A stretch of 26,145 bases of DNA from a virus (Duplodnaviria > Caudoviricetes), in the IMG/VR virus record IMGVR_UViG_3300027571_000066, positions 1 through 26,145 of that record; one strand, given 5' to 3'. A model generated the notes under the pieces. It did not search any database. It was given only the letters and a program-made list of their open reading frames with translations, and was not told the origin of the DNA. Each line of letters begins with the position of its first letter. The stretch's first letter is position 1. The position numbers and the translations under genes are program-made. This document shows, piece by piece, positions 25,333 to 26,145 of this stretch.

Positions 25333-25520
25333 ACGCCTTGTTTCTCCATTGCTTTAATCATTATATCTAGGTAGTCCCTGCCACCCTCTCGTACTACAGT
25401 CTGTAGCTTATCCTGTACGGCTTTACCTTTAGTATAGACCTTATGATCGTCAGTATACCAATAGGTAAAGTCTTGCTTCCTACACATTACTTCAAATTCC
25501 TTTAGTGTTGGTAGACTCAT
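25329..25520 (-). CDS. Hypothetical early protein
   Basis: Likely start at MSLPTL (25520, GAGGAG SD, ATGA overlap); 63 aa, with 'DFTYWYTDDHKVY.KG'. Confidence 0.7.
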   Translation of the reverse strand: MSLPTLKEFEVMCRKQDFTYWYTDDHKVYTKGKAVQDKLQTVVREGGRDYLDIMIKAMEKQGV

Positions 25521-25780
25521 GACCAATTCTCCTCTAGCTTGATTTCTTTCATCTCGTTGCCGTGGAACTGGTTGTAATCGTTACACTGGTGCGCCACTAC
25601 TTTCCATTCCTTGTCCTGCTCTTGGTAGTAGACAATAACCTCTATTTGACTGTTCCAGTTAAACCTGTACTCGCTATCGCCTAAGACCTCACTCCTAGTC
25701 TTACCAGCTATAGAAATACCCGCAAAGATGCCCTGTACAAACTCTCTAATCAAGAGCATCTTTTTCATGTTAATCCACAT
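25517..25780 (-). CDS. Hypothetical early protein
   Basis: 87 aa, GAGGAG SD, tightly packed between its neighbours. Confidence 0.65.
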   Translation of the reverse strand: MWINMKKMLLIREFVQGIFAGISIAGKTRSEVLGDSEYRFNWNSQIEVIVYYQEQDKEWKVVAHQCNDYNQFHGNEMKEIKLEENWS

Positions 25781-25782
25781 CT

Positions 25783-25995
25783 TTAAGACTCCTCTAGTGT
25801 GTATTGTGCTATCTGTGTGGACTCACCAAATCTATTCTTAAATGTGATGATCTCACTAGTTATGTTATGACCTAACTTTTTAAGCTCACTAATTCTGTTA
25901 GGCACTCGCCAAATCCCTAGCTTGCTAAGACCCTCAAAAGAATTGATGGTTTTATGCTCTACTAGGTAGGATAATAATCTATTTCGTTGGTTCAT
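25783..25995 (-). CDS. Helix-turn-helix protein (HTH_39-like)
   Basis: 70 aa, GAGG SD; 'Q..RLL.YL....I...E....LGI.R...RISELK..G..I...Y.L' pattern. Confidence 0.75.
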   Translation of the reverse strand: MNQRNRLLSYLVEHKTINSFEGLSKLGIWRVPNRISELKKLGHNITSEIITFKNRFGESTQIAQYTLEES

Positions 25996-26004
25996 GTTGC
26001 ACCT

Positions 26005-26145
26005 CTAAAAGTTAGTTACAATTTGGGTTACGCCTCTACGCTTCTCTGACTCTAAATAATCTAGCCAGTGAGTCTCAGGGTCTTGGTCATTATCTTCTAA
26101 GTCCCAAAGCCGTGAACGCTCTTTGCGTATAGCTGTATTAATATC
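26005..26145 (-). CDS. Hypothetical protein, 5' end beyond window edge
   Basis: Open frame from the right edge (DINTAIRKERSRLWDLED...VTNF, then stop) ending at the SD of the next gene. Confidence 0.55.
   Translation of the reverse strand, partial: DINTAIRKERSRLWDLEDNDQDPETHWLDYLESEKRRGVTQIVTNF

Overview
The window is a 26 kb internal segment of a T7-like podovirus (Autographiviridae-type). Gene content and order resemble temperate marine podoviruses such as pelagiphages and cyanopodoviruses. All genes are on the minus strand. Reading right to left, it has small early ORFs, a MarR-like wHTH regulator, a tyrosine integrase and an attP made of the 5' 38 nt of a tRNA-Phe. Next come a T7-type RNA polymerase in two ORFs, SSB, endonuclease I, a small Cys-rich protein, primase-helicase, DNA polymerase A, a PD-(D/E)XK nuclease, 5'-3' exonuclease, DUF3310, MazG-like pyrophosphatase and class II RNR. 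The virion module follows: portal, scaffold, capsid, tail tubes A/B and internal virion proteins, the last running off the left edge. Main points of interest: (1) an ADP-ribosyltransferase-like domain inside the large ejection protein, bounded by perfect in-frame 29-bp direct repeats; (2) an RNA polymerase split at an ATGA overlap with its own SD, at the position equivalent to T7 residue ~301; (3) an attP carrying the 5' half of a tRNA plus arm-type repeats; (4) two identical 19-bp phage promoters; (5) a capsid gene flanked by two UUCG terminators with a structured leader. All family assignments come from reading motifs by eye, not from database searches.
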